A DNA stretch of 64,000 nt from assembly GCF_009914755.1 (NCBI RefSeq), contig NC_060947.1; one strand, 5' to 3'. How positions within the stretch are numbered: the first letter of the stretch is position 1; each line of letters begins with the position of its first letter. The stretch is from the human T2T-CHM13v2.0 reference genome, Homo sapiens. Of this stretch, positions 26,650 through 42,626 are shown piece by piece. The position numbers were made by a program, and so were the translations under genes. The notes beneath the pieces are model-generated. The model had not been told where the DNA came from. It worked only from the letters and a program-made list of their open reading frames with translations, and made no database searches.

Positions 26650-26935
26650 GGCCGAGCATGATAGTTTATGCCTGTAATCTCAGTGCTTTGGGAGGCTTAG
26701 ACAGGAGGATCACTTGAGCCCAGGAGCTCAAGACCAGCTGGACAACATAGCAAGACTCTAAAACAAGCTGAAAAAAAATTAGCCTGGCATGGTGATGCAT
26801 GCCTGTAGTCCCAAATATACTCCGGAGGCTGAGGCAGGAGGATCCCTTGAGCCCAGAAGTTCAAGGTTACAATGAGCTAAATTTCACCACTGCACTCCAG
26901 CCTGGGTGACAGAGTGCGACCCTGTCTCAAAAATT
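26650..26935 (+). mobile_element. AluJ element
   Basis: Diverged dimer; TSD-like aaagaatcaggtctt / aaagaaccagaactt. Confidence 0.95.
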
Positions 26936-27179
26936 TTTTTAATTTAATTTAAATTTTAAAAAGAACCAGAACTTGACTTCTACCCAAGCTTCTGTGACCA
27001 CATTCACCAAAATATCAAATAAAAATCAGGTAAGCTGTATGACAGAGGTCTTGTGTGCTGCTTCTGAGTGTGACAAGTGAGGGATGCAACTTGTACATGG
27101 AAATGTTTGAACTTGGGGGCCATTCCCATGATATATAGACACAGATAACAGGGGTTTAAAATCCAGAGTCAGTTTTCTA

Positions 27180-27410
27180 TGGTAGCAGAGAGTAAGGGCA
27201 TGTGGACAGAGCCAGACATTGGAGCCACTGAAGCTTGGGTTTGAATTCTAGCACTCCTACATACTAGCTGAGTTATCTGTGCTTTAATTCCTTCATCTAT
27301 CCACATGGACATATTGCTACCTAACTCCAAGGTTTGTTTTTGGGACTAAATAATTTGATATTTATAAAGGGCCTGCCCTGTAATAAGTGCACCATAATTA
27401 TTAGTTTATG
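27180..27410 (+). mobile_element. MIR
   Basis: 'ttgggtttgaattctagcactcctac...tttaattccttcatct'. Confidence 0.75.
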
Positions 27411-27411
27411 T

Positions 27412-27880
27412 GTTCACTCATGTATTCGTTCAATAAATATTTATCGAGCACTTGCTATGTGTGGCAATCACTGTACTAGGCATTGAAACTCAGACAAATG
27501 AGATAGAGTGTCTGTTCTTAAGGAGGTCACAATGAAGACAAGGAGACCAAGAAATAGACAATTTAGTTACAGTGTGGAAAATACCACAATATAAATCTGT
27601 GCATATGCTGTTAGGAAGGAACAAAAGAGAGATTAGGGCAGGCTTCCCAAAGCAGGTGATGAGCCTTAAAGGTTAATTGGGAGCTCTTCCAAGTTAAGAA
27701 GAGGAGAAAGGCATTCCATAGATAGAAGTAACATGAGCAAAGCCTCAGGGGTGAGAAAGGTGAGAAACAACATAGTACGTGCAGGAGACTACCAGCATTT
27801 GGATATTGCCAAAACATAGTATATGAGGGAGGAGGTTGCCGGAGGTGAGAATGGGGATACGGGCAGGGAAGGTATTGGCA
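27412..27880 (-). mobile_element. L2 fragment
   Basis: 'ttcgttcaataaatatttatcgagcacttgctatgtg...ggagaaaggcattccatagatagaagtaaca'. Confidence 0.8.
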
Positions 27881-28169
27881 GGCCCTCTTTAATCTTCTCC
27901 TCCATCCTTTCTTGGAAAATTCAGAACATGTAATTATAGTAGTTATCGCCAGAGGAGCAGAAGGCTATTCCTCTCCTGACTGTTTTTATGGTACATCCGG
28001 TAAATAGAAGGGTCATTTTGAGACCACCTACCCGCATTGCCACTTGGCAATCATGAGTACCAGAATGTGTGGAAGAAGAAAACAATTATTTTGGTTTTTT
28101 TTTTCCTCTCTCTCTCGGGCAAGGGCAGAAGATTTAAAAGCTGTGAAGTTAAGCTCTCATCAAAGTAGA

Positions 28170-28370
28170 ACTTAGGTAATTAAAAGTGTGGACTCTGGAT
28201 TCAGACAGACCTGCATTTTAAATTTGCCTTACTATATGTCTTATTATCTCGAGATAGTTATTTAAACCTCCAGGCCTTAGTTTTTCCAGCTGTAAAATGA
28301 GTTTAATGAAATGATGCATGTAAAGCAATTAGCACAGTGGTAGGCACATACAAATGCACTATATCAACGT
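28170..28370 (+). mobile_element. MIR
   Basis: 'gtggactctggattcagacagacctg...ctgtaaaatg...catgtaaagcaattagcacagtg'. Confidence 0.8.
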
Positions 28371-28959
28371 GCTATTGCAATTGTCTGAACACAGTTGGCC
28401 AAGATTGTCATAGAAAAGCAATGAGCCTTGAATTTGGACTGGTTATCCCAGTGATGATTTTCAAGTCTTCCTCTATCACCATTGCTTTGACTTCATACCA
28501 GTTGAGCTTGACTTGACTACACTTTAGGAGGGTCCCCAAGCTTCTGTATTGTTACACCTGTGGCCATAACAACTAGGAATATAACAGACTGTTAACCTGA
28601 AAATGGAAAAAGCTATGTTTTTCTTCCTTCTTCTCCAGGCAAGTTCATGTTAAGGGAAGAACATCCAGGGAAACACAGAAATTAGCCTATGCATTATCAA
28701 GCAGATAATGGTCTTGTTTTTAAGACAATGTACCTGCATAAGATACTAAAATGTACCAATATGACTAATTATCTAATTAGAAGGCAATTTGAAGAATTCA
28801 TGTTTTGTATAAACTTACTTTGAATTTTAAATTCAACTTCACAAATGGTATTGAGGAAAAATTTTACTTAATTAAGCCTATGTAGCATACTCATTTACAA
28901 TCTCTTTAAATTCAATTAAATTTAGAAAAGAGTGTTAAAAACTATGGCTAAGAACCCAC

Positions 28960-29545
28960 TGGCAAAATGCTGAACATACAGCTACTATATGAGCCAGCAA
29001 TTCCAATCCTAAATATGTACCCAAGATAAATGAAAACACATATCCACACAAAAGCTTGTAAAGGAATGTTCATAGCAGCATTATTCAAAATAGAATTTCA
29101 ACTGAAATGCCCATTAGTTGATGAATGGATAAACAAAATGTGGTATAATCATACAATGGAATATTATTCACCCATAAAAAGGAATGAAATGCTGATCCAT
29201 GCTGCAACATGGATGAACCTTGAAGACATTATGCCATGTAAAAGAAGCCAGACAAAGAATGCCACATAATACATCATTCCATTTATATTAAATATCCAGA
29301 ATAGGTAAATCTACAGAGACAGAATGTAGATTAGTAATTGCCAATGGTTGTGAGGAGAGGAGAGAGGGAAGTTAGTTCTTAAAGGGTATAGGGTTTCTTT
29401 TTGGGTGATTAAAATATTCTAAAATTAGATAGTGGTGATGATTGCACAACTCAATGAGTACACTAAAAAGAATTGAATTATACTCTGTAAATGGGTGAAA
29501 TGTACAGTGTGTATTCAGTGTTTATTGTTGAGATATAATATCTCA
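28960..29545 (+). mobile_element. L1MB-type 3' end
   Basis: ORF MFIAALF...CPLVDEWINKMWYNHTMEYYSPIKRNE followed by 3' UTR. Confidence 0.9.
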
Positions 29546-31189
29546 ATGAAGTTGTTAAAAATTTCTCATTGGCACGCTCCCTATCTTGGAATTTAGAATG
29601 TTTGTTTCACTTCTGAACAACCCCCTTCTCCACTACTGCTGCTTACAGTGTATGGTGAAATGGTTAAGCCTGTCAATGGAAGTGGAAAGGCTAATCATTG
29701 TGATTACATATTTGTAAACAGTAAAATAATTCCTTTGCTTTATGTTTAAAAGACTTTCAGAGTAAGTTTCCCACTGTTTGTCCTTAGCTAGATTGATTAA
29801 TTTCATTTCCTGAGTGCTAGCTCACCCCAAGTGCCCCCTGTCCAATTTATACCTTTGCCTAGATAAGTTGCCACAGCCTACCATTACTTCCACAATCAAG
29901 TATTAATGACGCTTTCCCTCTCTTGAAAAGCTGAGGAAGTTCTAACTGCTGTTAATTAAAACTGTAATCATTTCCTAAATAGGCATAAATAAAAGGGATG
30001 TTCTTGTTGTTAAAGTAGAAGCTAGGAGTCTAAATTATCTGTTGCAAGCAAGCACTCGACATTTCTACATGGGTATTAAAAAATAAAAAGATTTTTCTCA
30101 CATAGCTAGATTTAACAAAAGGATACCAGATCAGGTTAGCACTGAAAGCATATGAATATCGTAAATGAAATGGGAAAGGTTCATTCATGGCTCCTTTACA
30201 TGTTAAATTAAACAAGGTCATGATCACTGAAAGTTTTCTTCTCCCTTTTTGTGAAAAGAATACATTTTGGTGTTATGTAGGACATGACTTAACAGTTCAC
30301 AGCTAAGGAGTAAATAATTACAGGAAGGCAATGAAGTGAAAGCTGTCTAATGGCCATATCTTGTGTTCTGCATCAGATGATTAAACAGCAAAATCTTAAT
30401 TTTAATTAACTTCTACAGGATAGCAATATATTATACATTATCCCATATATTTGCTTGAACTGGAATAGCTGCCTCTGTTATCTCCAGATAAAATCTAATA
30501 AAATTATTTTAAGAAAGAGATTTTCATGGGCACTGCATTCAAGGATAAAGATATGTTTGGGGCAGAGGGAAGAGCAGCTCATTTCTTACCCCCATGAGTT
30601 AGTAGTTGTCAGTCTACCACCATTAGGCTATAATATTCACGTGCTAAGACAGGCCAGAGCCTAAGATGAGACAACAGTTTGTAACTCACATCTGAGAGAA
30701 TCTTCGGGATTTGGAAAGAAACTCACACAGCTCCAAAACATCTTAAGAACTACAATACCTTCTAGCAATTCTCAAAATTGGGTCTTTTAAAGGATGTTTT
30801 GAACACAGAGATGGGGTGAGGGTTAATCAAAGGAACCTTATAAGGAAGTAGTTCTTTGGAGTGTGGGAGACCAAAGTCCTTATTTCAATGAAACAGCAGA
30901 GTCAATAGGAGGATTCTAGAGAGATTCATGCTGCTTCTACTTTTGTGATTGGATCTCTCTCCCACTAGAATGTGGGCTCCTGTCAAGTCCATTTGTTTGG
31001 TTCATTGCTGACTTCCTCAGTATATAGTGCATAGTAAGTGCTCTGTAGATTCTTCTGACCTGTAATGCATCAGCACCAAAGAAGTTTGAGAAGGGCTAGG
31101 AGTCAGGAAATTTGTGCTGTGAGTGCCCTTGAGTAGTTCCTTTGTGACTCAAGGAAGGTGGAGGAGTGAGCCCAGTGATGGCCCCATAT

Positions 31190-31325
31190 CAGTGGTTTCC
31201 AACCCTGTGTGCATACCTAAAATCACCTGAAAAGCTTTTAAAATGCAGATGCCAGGGCCTTACCCGCCCCTCAACACACACACTGGAAATCTGATTTAAT
31301 TGCTCTGGAGTGGGGCTGGCCATAG

Positions 31326-31357
<32 letters not shown>

Positions 31358-31630
31358 TTTAACTAAACCTCCAGTTGATTCTAGTGTATGGCCAAGGTTA
31401 AGAGCCACTGCACGATAGGCATATTTGAGGAATTCAATCCACTGATGATTGTGGGTCCTACATGTTGGTATACCAGAGAGTTATTTTTTTGTTTAAAATA
31501 TGGTTTCTTTGGGCCCACGCCAAGAGATCCTGAATTGGTAGTTTGGCAATATGCATGAGCCAAGAATCTGCATTTGTAATAAGCACATGATTCTAATGCA
31601 ATTGGTCTGAAGACCACACTATCAAAAACA
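31190..31630. mobile_element. MER5-family hAT MITE fragments with a (TG)n tract
   Basis: 'cagtggtttccaaccct...aatcacctg...aaatgcagatgccagggcc' and 'aagaatctgcatttgtaataagca'; (TG)n at ~31326-31357. Confidence 0.75.
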
Positions 31631-33764
31631 ATACCATAGAGCCACTGCCCTTGCCATAAGAAAGCATTTGGGTAAATTTTGAGACAAGAAATCAGGTAAA
31701 TGGCTTGGAAGTCTGTTCTTATAATGAAGTGGAACTGTTTCCTTCCTTAAGCCATTAAACACAGGAGGAGGATTGATTTCTCTAATAAGTAGTTCAAAGG
31801 TACCAAATTTTCACTGCCTGGGCATTGCTTATCTCAAAACTAATTTGAAATGCAGGCTGGAAACAGCCACTTGTTCCTTCTGCAGTGCCATTGGTCCCAT
31901 TAAGCCAATCATCTCACTCATTTTTGATCCAGTGGACATTACAGTAAACACGTTTTTTTCCTTCCCACCCAGTAGCCTTGCATGAAGTGCAAGAGAACGG
32001 TATTCTCATTTTGAAAGATGGAGAGATTGAAGCAGAAACCGACCCCAACGCAGTGTCTAGATTAGATTGGGAAAAATCAAAACCCTGATTTGATCTGTGT
32101 AAAAAGCACTTTAACATCCCTGACCTAATTTCATCCTTACTAATCCCTTTATGAGGCAAGGCAGGGGCAGGTGTCATTTTCTTCAGAGCTGACCTTATCC
32201 ATGGGAAAAGCAGGCAAGCAACTATTGATGGGACCTGAAGGGTGCCTGAAAACCCCACTGCCAATAGGCCTCCCCCATCTTTGATGGCTCAGGTTCCATC
32301 TTGAGCAGTGATTCCTTAGGGCTAAGTTTTGTCTTCCCTATGGGTCTTTCAACATGCAGATACTCTAGTAATGGGTTGCATGACATTGGATATATTTAGC
32401 AGGTTACTTCTTCTTTGCTAGGGGAGAGAAGAAGGAGGGGGAAAGCACTGAGAAACAAGGAAAAGGGGATCATTACTCAAAATGTCAAGAACCCGAAAAG
32501 AGGTAATTATGGGAGGAGGATGTTTTCAATCAGATTCACCTATTTTCCATGTTGCCTGGAGCAGGCCCTGGTCCCCAAGAGATAAGTGAAGTTGTTAAGG
32601 GACTTTGCCATGTTTCTTAGAGATGTATTCAGGAATATGTTCCTCATTAATCACAAAAATATCAACACTGAAGGGAAATAAATTGTCTTAGAATTAAGAT
32701 ATCATCTACCTAAATGACCTTCTCTTTTAAATGTTGACAATTGAAGAAGAATCTAGTATTTCAGTACTAAATCAGTCTGGGTGATATTGAATTACACTCT
32801 TAACATAGGGAAGAAGTCCTCTTATTTTCCTCTTTGGTAGAGGAAAACCTTTCTCTCTAACTTCTCCCCACCCTGGGTTAATTTGAAGATTCAGTCCATC
32901 TTTGCTTTACAGACTCTTTTCTCTTTATCTCTGTGGCTTGTATTAATACATTCTTTGAAATGAAGAGAAGGTGGTTAGGATCTAACTTTAAAGGTGGTAG
33001 ATAGAAGTTGGATAGGACCCAACAGAAAAATCTAGACTTATAATCCAGAGCTCAGGCAGGCTCCAGAATGTGGAAAAATCGAAATATGGTTACCTCACTG
33101 TGGAATCTACTTTATAGGGGATGTTGACATGGAGATATGAGTCCACATGGCTAGTTCAAAGCAAACTACTAGGCAATGTGTGCTCTTCACAGAGTTCAAT
33201 GTAGAGCCCAGGGCCCAAAAGTTACATGCAGGGTAACTGGGTGGTCAGGGTCAGACAAGAACTGTCCTTATAGATGAAAGGATGTCACAGGCAGGAAAAT
33301 GCCTTGCTGCGACCAACAGAGATAAGATTCAAAGCCAAAGATAAGTGGGTAAACAGTCATGTTAGCTGTCTATAGATATTAGTGGCTGGCACCTTGAACC
33401 TGAGACACAAATGACAAAAACACAGTGCTTGTGGAGTTGGGTCATAAGGGAACAGCAGGAAGCCACTGACTCAAGACTGATCCACAGGACCACTGAAGAC
33501 CTGGGTTCTTGGTCCCAGCTGTGCCATGAGCTTATAGTGCAGATGCCAGGAAATTCACTCATTTATAAAATAAAGAGGCTAAGATACATCAGTTGTTTTA
33601 ACCATGATATGGAACTGGTGTACTGCAATGATCTCTTATCATTTGTCACTCACAGTAAGGAAGTGTTCATGACCTTGGCCACACTCAGGGAAATGTGTCC
33701 TGCACAGAATTATCATCTAATGTGTGATTGTCAAGGGAAAAGTTTGATAATTACTAATCTAAAG

Positions 33765-33925
33765 CACTGTTTCTCCAATTTTAATGTGTGTACAAATCAT
33801 CTGGGAATTTTGTTAAAAGGAAGATCCAGATTCCGTAGATCTGATAAGGAGCCTGAGGCTCTGCATTTCCAATGAGTTCCAGGTGATGTCGGTGCTGCTG
33901 GTCTATGGACCACGCTACGAGCATC
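33765..33925. mobile_element. MER5A/B-like MITE
   Basis: 'aatcatctgggaattttgttaaa...ctgcatttccaatgagttccaggtgatg...tggtctatggaccac'. Confidence 0.8.
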
Positions 33926-34449
33926 AAGGTTCTTACAGGGTGTCTTATCAGCTCTGAAATTCTATGATCCCATGTGTAACTTCTCACTCTCTTCCAATCA
34001 GCCCCTCTCCCCACTCTAGGTCAAGATTGGCCCCAGATATGGGGCCTGTAGGAAAATCAGAGTCTCCTGATGAGGCCAAGTAGGAAAATCAGAAACTAAG
34101 AAGACTGTTGCCCCATTCTGAACCCATATGCTAACTTCAGTTGCTTGTGTACTGTATGCCAGTAGTCCTGATCTGGGATCTATTATGCTACCAGCTCTTG
34201 GCTTTAGTAGAACTCTTTGCCACATCAAATTATGGGCAGGATTGGCAGCAAGATCCTCTCTAGGATTCCATGGCATCTTAGAGTGGGGTAATCCATTTTC
34301 ATTGGTGAGGTAGGCCCATGAAGACAGAGAAAGAGACACTACTGGGAGGAAGATGTGGTTAATCCATGTGAGACAATTTCCCAAGACTTCTAGAATTAAA
34401 ATATCCATCTCACTTTTACCTTTTTGCTTTCATGAATAACTACCTTCCA

Positions 34450-34575
34450 CTTTAGATGGTGAATGCTCCTTGTTCATCACTATATACCTACGGCCTAGCA
34501 CAGTATCTAGCGCAGAGCAGAGTTCAGTAAACATTTGTTGAATGAATGAATGAATGAATGAATGAATGAATGAAT
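34450..34575 (+). mobile_element. L2 3' end with (GAAT)n tail
   Basis: 'cctagcacagtatctagc...cagtaaacatttgttgaatgaatgaatgaatg'. Confidence 0.85.
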
Positions 34576-36834
34576 CAGTCAAGCAACTGGAGCTGCAGTT
34601 TGCTTAAAGGAGACTTCTTGGGGAATTCAGCCAGAGGAGCAACAGAAGTAGCAGGAGCCAGAGAGCGAGGAAGCATGCACTCATCCAGTCATAATTATCT
34701 AAAGTGCCCCTGCCCTTGCATTCCCCTTTGTTGTTCAGTAATACACAACAGGATGCACCTGCCCAGATATGGAAACTCTAGCAGGGTAGATAGGAAAGCT
34801 GATACAAAGCCCCTGTTAATTAAAAAGCATTTGCAACTGGAATTGTCTTCTGGCTAACACAAAGTGCCCTGCCTCCTGATGCATTTAATGTCTACATGCT
34901 TTGAGAATATACAATGAACAGTCTCAGGATTATCTCCTAATCCTGACCCCAGCAAAGGAAAAAAGATCTATCGAAAGTCACCCACTTTGTTATTTATGAT
35001 GTCAAAGCCAAAAATTAAATTGATGAACAGCCAGATGGCCAAGGAAATAAAGTATGTTTTTCTATGGGTTTGTGAATGACAATGAAGTTTAAGGGTTTTT
35101 TTTTTGTTGTTGTTTGATTTTGTTTTGCTCTAATTTTATCTGATTTTTTTTCTCCTACTTTTGTCTGAATTTCTAGCCAAATAATAGCACCAATGTTTAT
35201 GCTAGGACTTTTGGAATGATCTACTCAACCAATTTACATTAAGCTTTGCAAAGTTTAAGGGAATTTCCAATTCAAAAAGAGGATATTAATTAAATCAATG
35301 GGATGATTGAAGAGAAGGTGAGTGAGGAAAAAGTGGCAGTGGGGAGAGAGTTCTCACCCCTCTTACCTAGAAGTCATCTAGGTAGGCCACCTTACCTATC
35401 TGCTATGCTTGTTAACTAGGACCTCTCTGGCCCCACTAAGCAGATTTACCACCAGGAGATTAAATACAATGTGCCACGGCCAATCCAAATCCATTCATTC
35501 TGCAGTTGCATTTTCAAATTAGCCTAGGAAAATCTCCCCTGCTGAAATATTGGGACAGATAAGAATTGGTCTGTTTGGCTTGAAGAAGGACTGTTTAGTT
35601 GCCTCCTCATCACTCTAAATGACCTGGCCCTCAAATTGGGCAGACTGGGGTGCAAAAAGACCAGAGAAGCCAGCGAGTATTTTGTGAGCTTTCAATTGAG
35701 AGATCAGTTGTGCTCCCCTGTGACCAAAGACTGAACTGCACCACAGAAGGGCAGACCCAGAGCAGAGGTTCTTCTTGCTGTAGCCTCACCATAATTACTG
35801 TGTGGCTGCTTTGTTTTCCAGGGCAAAGGGGAAAGGCAAGGATATTTAGAAGAGATTTAGGGGAAAACGAAATTCTGCTTCCAGTATTCCTAATTTTCCC
35901 TTTGAAAATTAGCAACTCTTTAGTAAAACCCTTGCTAGGGCTCCATTAAGGTTTATGTTGACAAAGAGTAGCTACTAATGGCCTTTAATGATGAGTAGGT
36001 GGATTGCTCAGAATATTACTTATTTAATGAAAAGTAATGGCTGTCTCACTGAAGCGAGGAGAGTAATGCTAAGTGGCCTCTTCACATGTATGTTCCTTTT
36101 AGCACTAGCCTTTGTCAGGGGATACACACTCGAGAGATTCTAAACAAAAAGGGCTCATCCCCACCTGGTAACAACCACAACAAAACACACCCAGAATTTG
36201 CTTTCAGTCCATTTTCCAAATGCTCCATGGTGCTTCCAACTAATTCTCAACCTCTTTGTGGTTCTAAAGATTGGAGACCACTGATCCAATGGAAACGGAC
36301 CAGAGAGTAAGAAAGTCTAATTTTTTCCCCTCTGAGCCAAATCTCCACTAAGTAGCAAGATGATGTCAACGATGACATTTGTATCTTCATTTGGAAAATG
36401 AGAGGCTTGGGCTTGAGGGCCTTAAGGGCCAGTCCTTGCACCTCTGGTTTTCAGTGCTCCCGAGTTTCTGTTCAGTGTGAAAATGGAAACGTGATATTAT
36501 TGAAGCACACACTTGAAACATAATATTGGTTGGTTGATGAAAAGAAAAAACACTTTTCTGGCTTGCTGGCTTCTGGATTTATTCAGCTTGCCAGAGGGTG
36601 GGAATAGCACCCTATATCTCTCCTTGCCCAAAAAGCACTTGAGAGCTGCTACCTTTCCATTATCTTTTAACAGATTACTCTTTAATTCATAATACAATTT
36701 TTCCCATTTTGTGGTGTGTGGAGCCTTTGCCAGGATTTTTTAATTAGTTCATGTTATAATCAGTAAGTTACAACAGAACTAGCCTTTCTTAGACTTATGT
36801 CTCATCTTTTCAACCCAGTGACCACAATCACAAC

Positions 36835-37085
36835 AACAACATGACGAGGACTTACTGAATGCCTGCCATGTGCCATGTGCTGTGCTAAATACTTTATACG
36901 CATTATCTAATTGAACACTAATGCTGTCTCATAGGGATAGGTATGATTAATCCCCATTTAACAGATGAGTAAGCAGCCTCTGAGAAAGCGGAAACATGAA
37001 CAAGGTAATACAGTGTGTAAGGGGTTAAACCAGGACTTGAATCCAAAGTCTGACTGACTCCAAAGTCCATGCTCTTTCTACATTA
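36835..37085 (-). mobile_element. MIR
   Basis: 'tccccatttaacagatgagtaagc...gtctgactgactccaaagtccatgctctt'. Confidence 0.85.
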
Positions 37086-38004
37086 ATCCATGATCATGAT
37101 AACCGGGCTCACGAGCCTGGGCCAGATAGCTTGGGAACTACTCTGCCACAATTCAAGGATAAGTGAATCCTTGTGAATTCTAAAATTATAAAATAAATTT
37201 TAAAACCTAGTACTGCGACTAAACTGAATATGGATTTATGAAGAAAGTATACTTGTCTTTTTTGGAAAGTCATTGTCAAAATGACTCTGTTTGCCTGGAA
37301 AGTTAACCTGGGAGAATCACTTTTCTTTCAGACATAGGTGATCATGCTCTCCTACAAACACCTTCACTTCTCAACTCAACATCACACTCTTTTCTCTTTT
37401 ATCTTTCAGCAAATGGCGCTGTGGCATTATTGTATTTATTAGCTTTGCTTCATTGTGATACTAAGTTACCATAAATATTATAATACTATTAATTCTACTT
37501 TACAGTACAATAAAACAAACCAGTAATCCTACAAGAGAAACTATAGCAAGCAAGCAAACATGTTAGGAATGCATGTAATAAATAAGGGAATGTAGATTCC
37601 AACAAAAAAACTAAAATAAGGTGCCCCTTCTCTATTTGGGAAACGCCTATGTATTCTGTAGGAACCAACTCACACAAGTCTGCCTACGTTCTAGAAAAAC
37701 AGGTAAGCTCATCTATTGAATCCATTCCTCGTTTTTATTCCTATGGAAATGTATACTCACCTCTGTCATCACAGCACTTACCACATTCTTTTCTCCTTAT
37801 CTACCCCAGGAGATTGTGAATTTCTCCTAGGCAGCGCCCATATTTTATTCATCTCAGTGTGTCCACAGCACCTAGCATGATGCCTAACTCATTAGGAGCT
37901 CAATAAACATATACTGAGTAAATGCACCATTTATGCACATTATTCAATAAAAAATTAATTTTAGATTGCTGTGAAGGGAAACCCATCAGCTACTGGTGTC
38001 ATTA

Positions 38005-38370
<366 letters not shown>

Positions 38371-38442
38371 TCAAAAAATTAAAAATAACAATACAACAAT
38401 AAAAATAATACAAATTGAGAAGCAATACAGTATCACAATATT

Positions 38443-38738
<296 letters not shown>

Positions 38739-41148
38739 GCTATTTACATAACATTTATAGTGTATTCGGTGTTATACGTAATCTAGAGAGGATTTAAAGT
38801 ATACAACAGGGTGTGTGTATTTGTAGGTCACGTGCAAATACTGTGCCATTTCATATAAGGAGCTTGAGCATCTGCAGGTTTTGGTATTGACAGGTGGCCT
38901 GGAACCAATGCTCCTGCAGATACTGAGGGGCGACTGTACAATGGTATGACACTTTTAGGGCTCAACTTGTATCAAAAGTCATAAAGTGTTACCAGCCTCA
39001 TACTCAGTAAACTCACCTCTATAAATTTATCTTCAGGCAATAATTCAAAAAAATGGATATAAGAACAAATACATCTATAATATTACAATGAGAAGAATAT
39101 TGAAATCACTTAAAAAGTCCAACAATAGTGAAATTATCAAGCACATTATATCAGCTTGGTGGAATAGAAAGCCAACATTGAAATTCTAGACAAGAAATTT
39201 TGTAACAATATGGAGTGTTTATGAAACACTGGAAGGTTTCAAAAGAAGAATGCAGCGTTGTCTATTTATTATGATTACAGTGACAAATTTTCTAAGTATA
39301 TAAATAATGTTTGGAAGAAGATGAAGGGAAAGGAAAATAGTTGTACTAAAGGTTAACAATATTGTCTTTTAAAAAATGTCCTTTAATGGGGTTATAACAT
39401 TATTTTAATACATTTCTTAAAACTAAGTTAAAAGTGAGCCCTATTTTAAAAACAGATTACATACCTGACATTCATCTATAAGTCAGATGTCTAGTACACC
39501 AAAATATTATGCAGGGTGGTTGTGCGATTTCAAAATATTCTACTGGAGTTAACCAAATTATAACTGCAACACTGTGAGTTTTCAGTATAAAAGTAGTATA
39601 AAACTACATTGTTGGAATAAAATTGAAAAAATGAGACTTTTATGCTTCCTTTGAATGTCTGTGGTACTTAAGGAAAAGCAGGTTTAATTAGAAGAAGATG
39701 ACAAAGGTAGGCAGGTACCTTTGTTGAGATTCTGAAGGGATCTCTGGACAGTTTCAAGGACTTCAGCAGATTAGGGCACTGGTTCATTGTCTAATTTCAT
39801 GTTGTAATTTATGAATTTCTCCTTGATTTGAGTGCATTGCTAGCATTACTCTTAGGCATTTTTGATTAGGGTCATTATTTTTTTCTTCTTGACACACAAA
39901 TGACATGACTGTGGAGGGAGACAGAAAATAAACTTTACTGAGACAAAATTATAATTGAAGCAGAAATAAAGGACTAAAAGATGGTTGAAGCAGATGCGCC
40001 GAAAAATGTAACAAAGAGGCTGAAATAAAATTGTATAAATGAAGACAAGAGTGAAACTCTGTGTAAAAAAAATTGAAGACAAAGCCAAGTTTACTGCTGG
40101 TAACACAGCAGAGTAAGTATCTTGACTGACCCTTCTGCCTTAAAAAAAAAATGTTGAATGAAATCTTCAAAAGATCTTAAGAGCTGCAAAGAGCAAACAA
40201 AAGAGTTAGTAATTTCCAGGCCAAAATATAAGTCAAAACTGAAACCCAGGGATTTAGCGGAGCATTAATAGTACTTCTGAACTAAAGGTATTTACTATAC
40301 CTGGGGAATCACAATTTGAATTTTCATGGCCTCCTGAGCTATGGGTGACGGAAGATTAAGTTCAGCACTATTCAAAGTAAAAAGTCTAATATTGATTATA
40401 TAATTATCATGCCTTGTAGGCCTAAAAGAACAGAATACAAACAAAAATCATCGCAAGTATATCTATCTCTCTATCACAGGAGAAGAGCAAATGTATTTGG
40501 TGTTCTAAGATTTAATAGTTCTCCAGGAGAGTAAGAATATGATCAAAATATTTTTGATAAGTTAAGCATGCATGTTGCCATTTCAAAAATACCCATTAAA
40601 AGATTAGACACAAAGTCCATAACTTCCAAATTAGGAGAGAGGAAAATGGAATGATAAAATAAATTAAATCCTTCTAAAATAATGAAGAAACATGGAACAG
40701 AGTACAAATTGAAACAGAATGGCTGAGACAAATGAAAAGCAAAAAATAATTTGATAGATATAAATCCAAATAGATCATTAGTTATATCAAATGTAAGTGG
40801 ACTAAAAGCTCCAGGTAATAAGAAAGATGTTCTGACTAGATTAGTAAAAAGACCAACTAAATGTTGTTTATAAGAGATACATCAGAAAGATAAAAATACA
40901 GAAAGATTGAAAGTAAAAATACGGAAATAATGCATGCCATGAACATGCTAAAGAAAAATTGAAATTACCTAGGTTAACATCTCTTAAAATAAACGTTGAG
41001 ACACAAATGATTTCTAAAGATGAAGGCAATCACTTTGAAATAACAATAAGCTTAAATCACAAAAATGATATGATGATTATAAGTTTTTATCTCCCAACAC
41101 TATAGCCTCAAAAAAGGTATAAGCAAATGGCCTATAAAAAGAAATAAA

Positions 41149-41435
<287 letters not shown>

Positions 41436-42281
41436 GTTCACAGTAGTCGAAGATTTTTAATATACCCCTCTCAATAAGCCATAGAACAAACAGGAAAGAA
41501 AAGAATATAAAAAAGTATACATATAATGATACATATACAAAAATAATACATATAACAAGTCTCATGATACATATACAAAAAAGAATAAATATAACAACTG
41601 TCATAAGGACAAATAAAGATCTTGATACCCAGCAACTGCAAAATACACATTTTTTCCAAGCATTCATAGAACAGTTTTATGAAACTAAAGCTTCAACAAA
41701 TTTTCAATTTTCAGAGCCACAAAGTTTACTTTATGTTACAGCAATGAAATAAAGTTAGAAATGAATAACTGAAAGTGACATGGAAAATAGATTTGGAAAT
41801 AGAGAAACACAATTTTAAGTGGGAGAAATAATAAATTACAATGAAAACTAGAAAGGAATTTGAGCTGAATGATAATGAAAACCATAATGAGAGACTACTA
41901 CATACCCATGGCATTGACAAGAATTCAGTTGTCTGGCAATACCAAAGGTTGGTGAGTCTGTAGAGCAAAGAGAATGCCCCTGTGCTGCTGATTGAAACAT
42001 AAATTGGTACAACAAAGTAAAAATCCGAGTAACCTACATGAACATATGCATACTTTATGACCCAGCAATTTCACTCCTAGCTATATACCCTAGACACTTT
42101 TGCACATGTGTCCCAGCTGTGCACAGGACTGCTCATCGCACTGTCATTTGAAATAGCTTAAACCATTAAGTAGCCCAAATATTGATGATGAAAATGCTGA
42201 TGAAAATAACAATAACGTGAATGAATACATTGTGAAATAATGCTGATAATGCTGACGATGATGTAGATGAATAAGTTGTGA

Positions 42282-42626
<345 letters not shown>

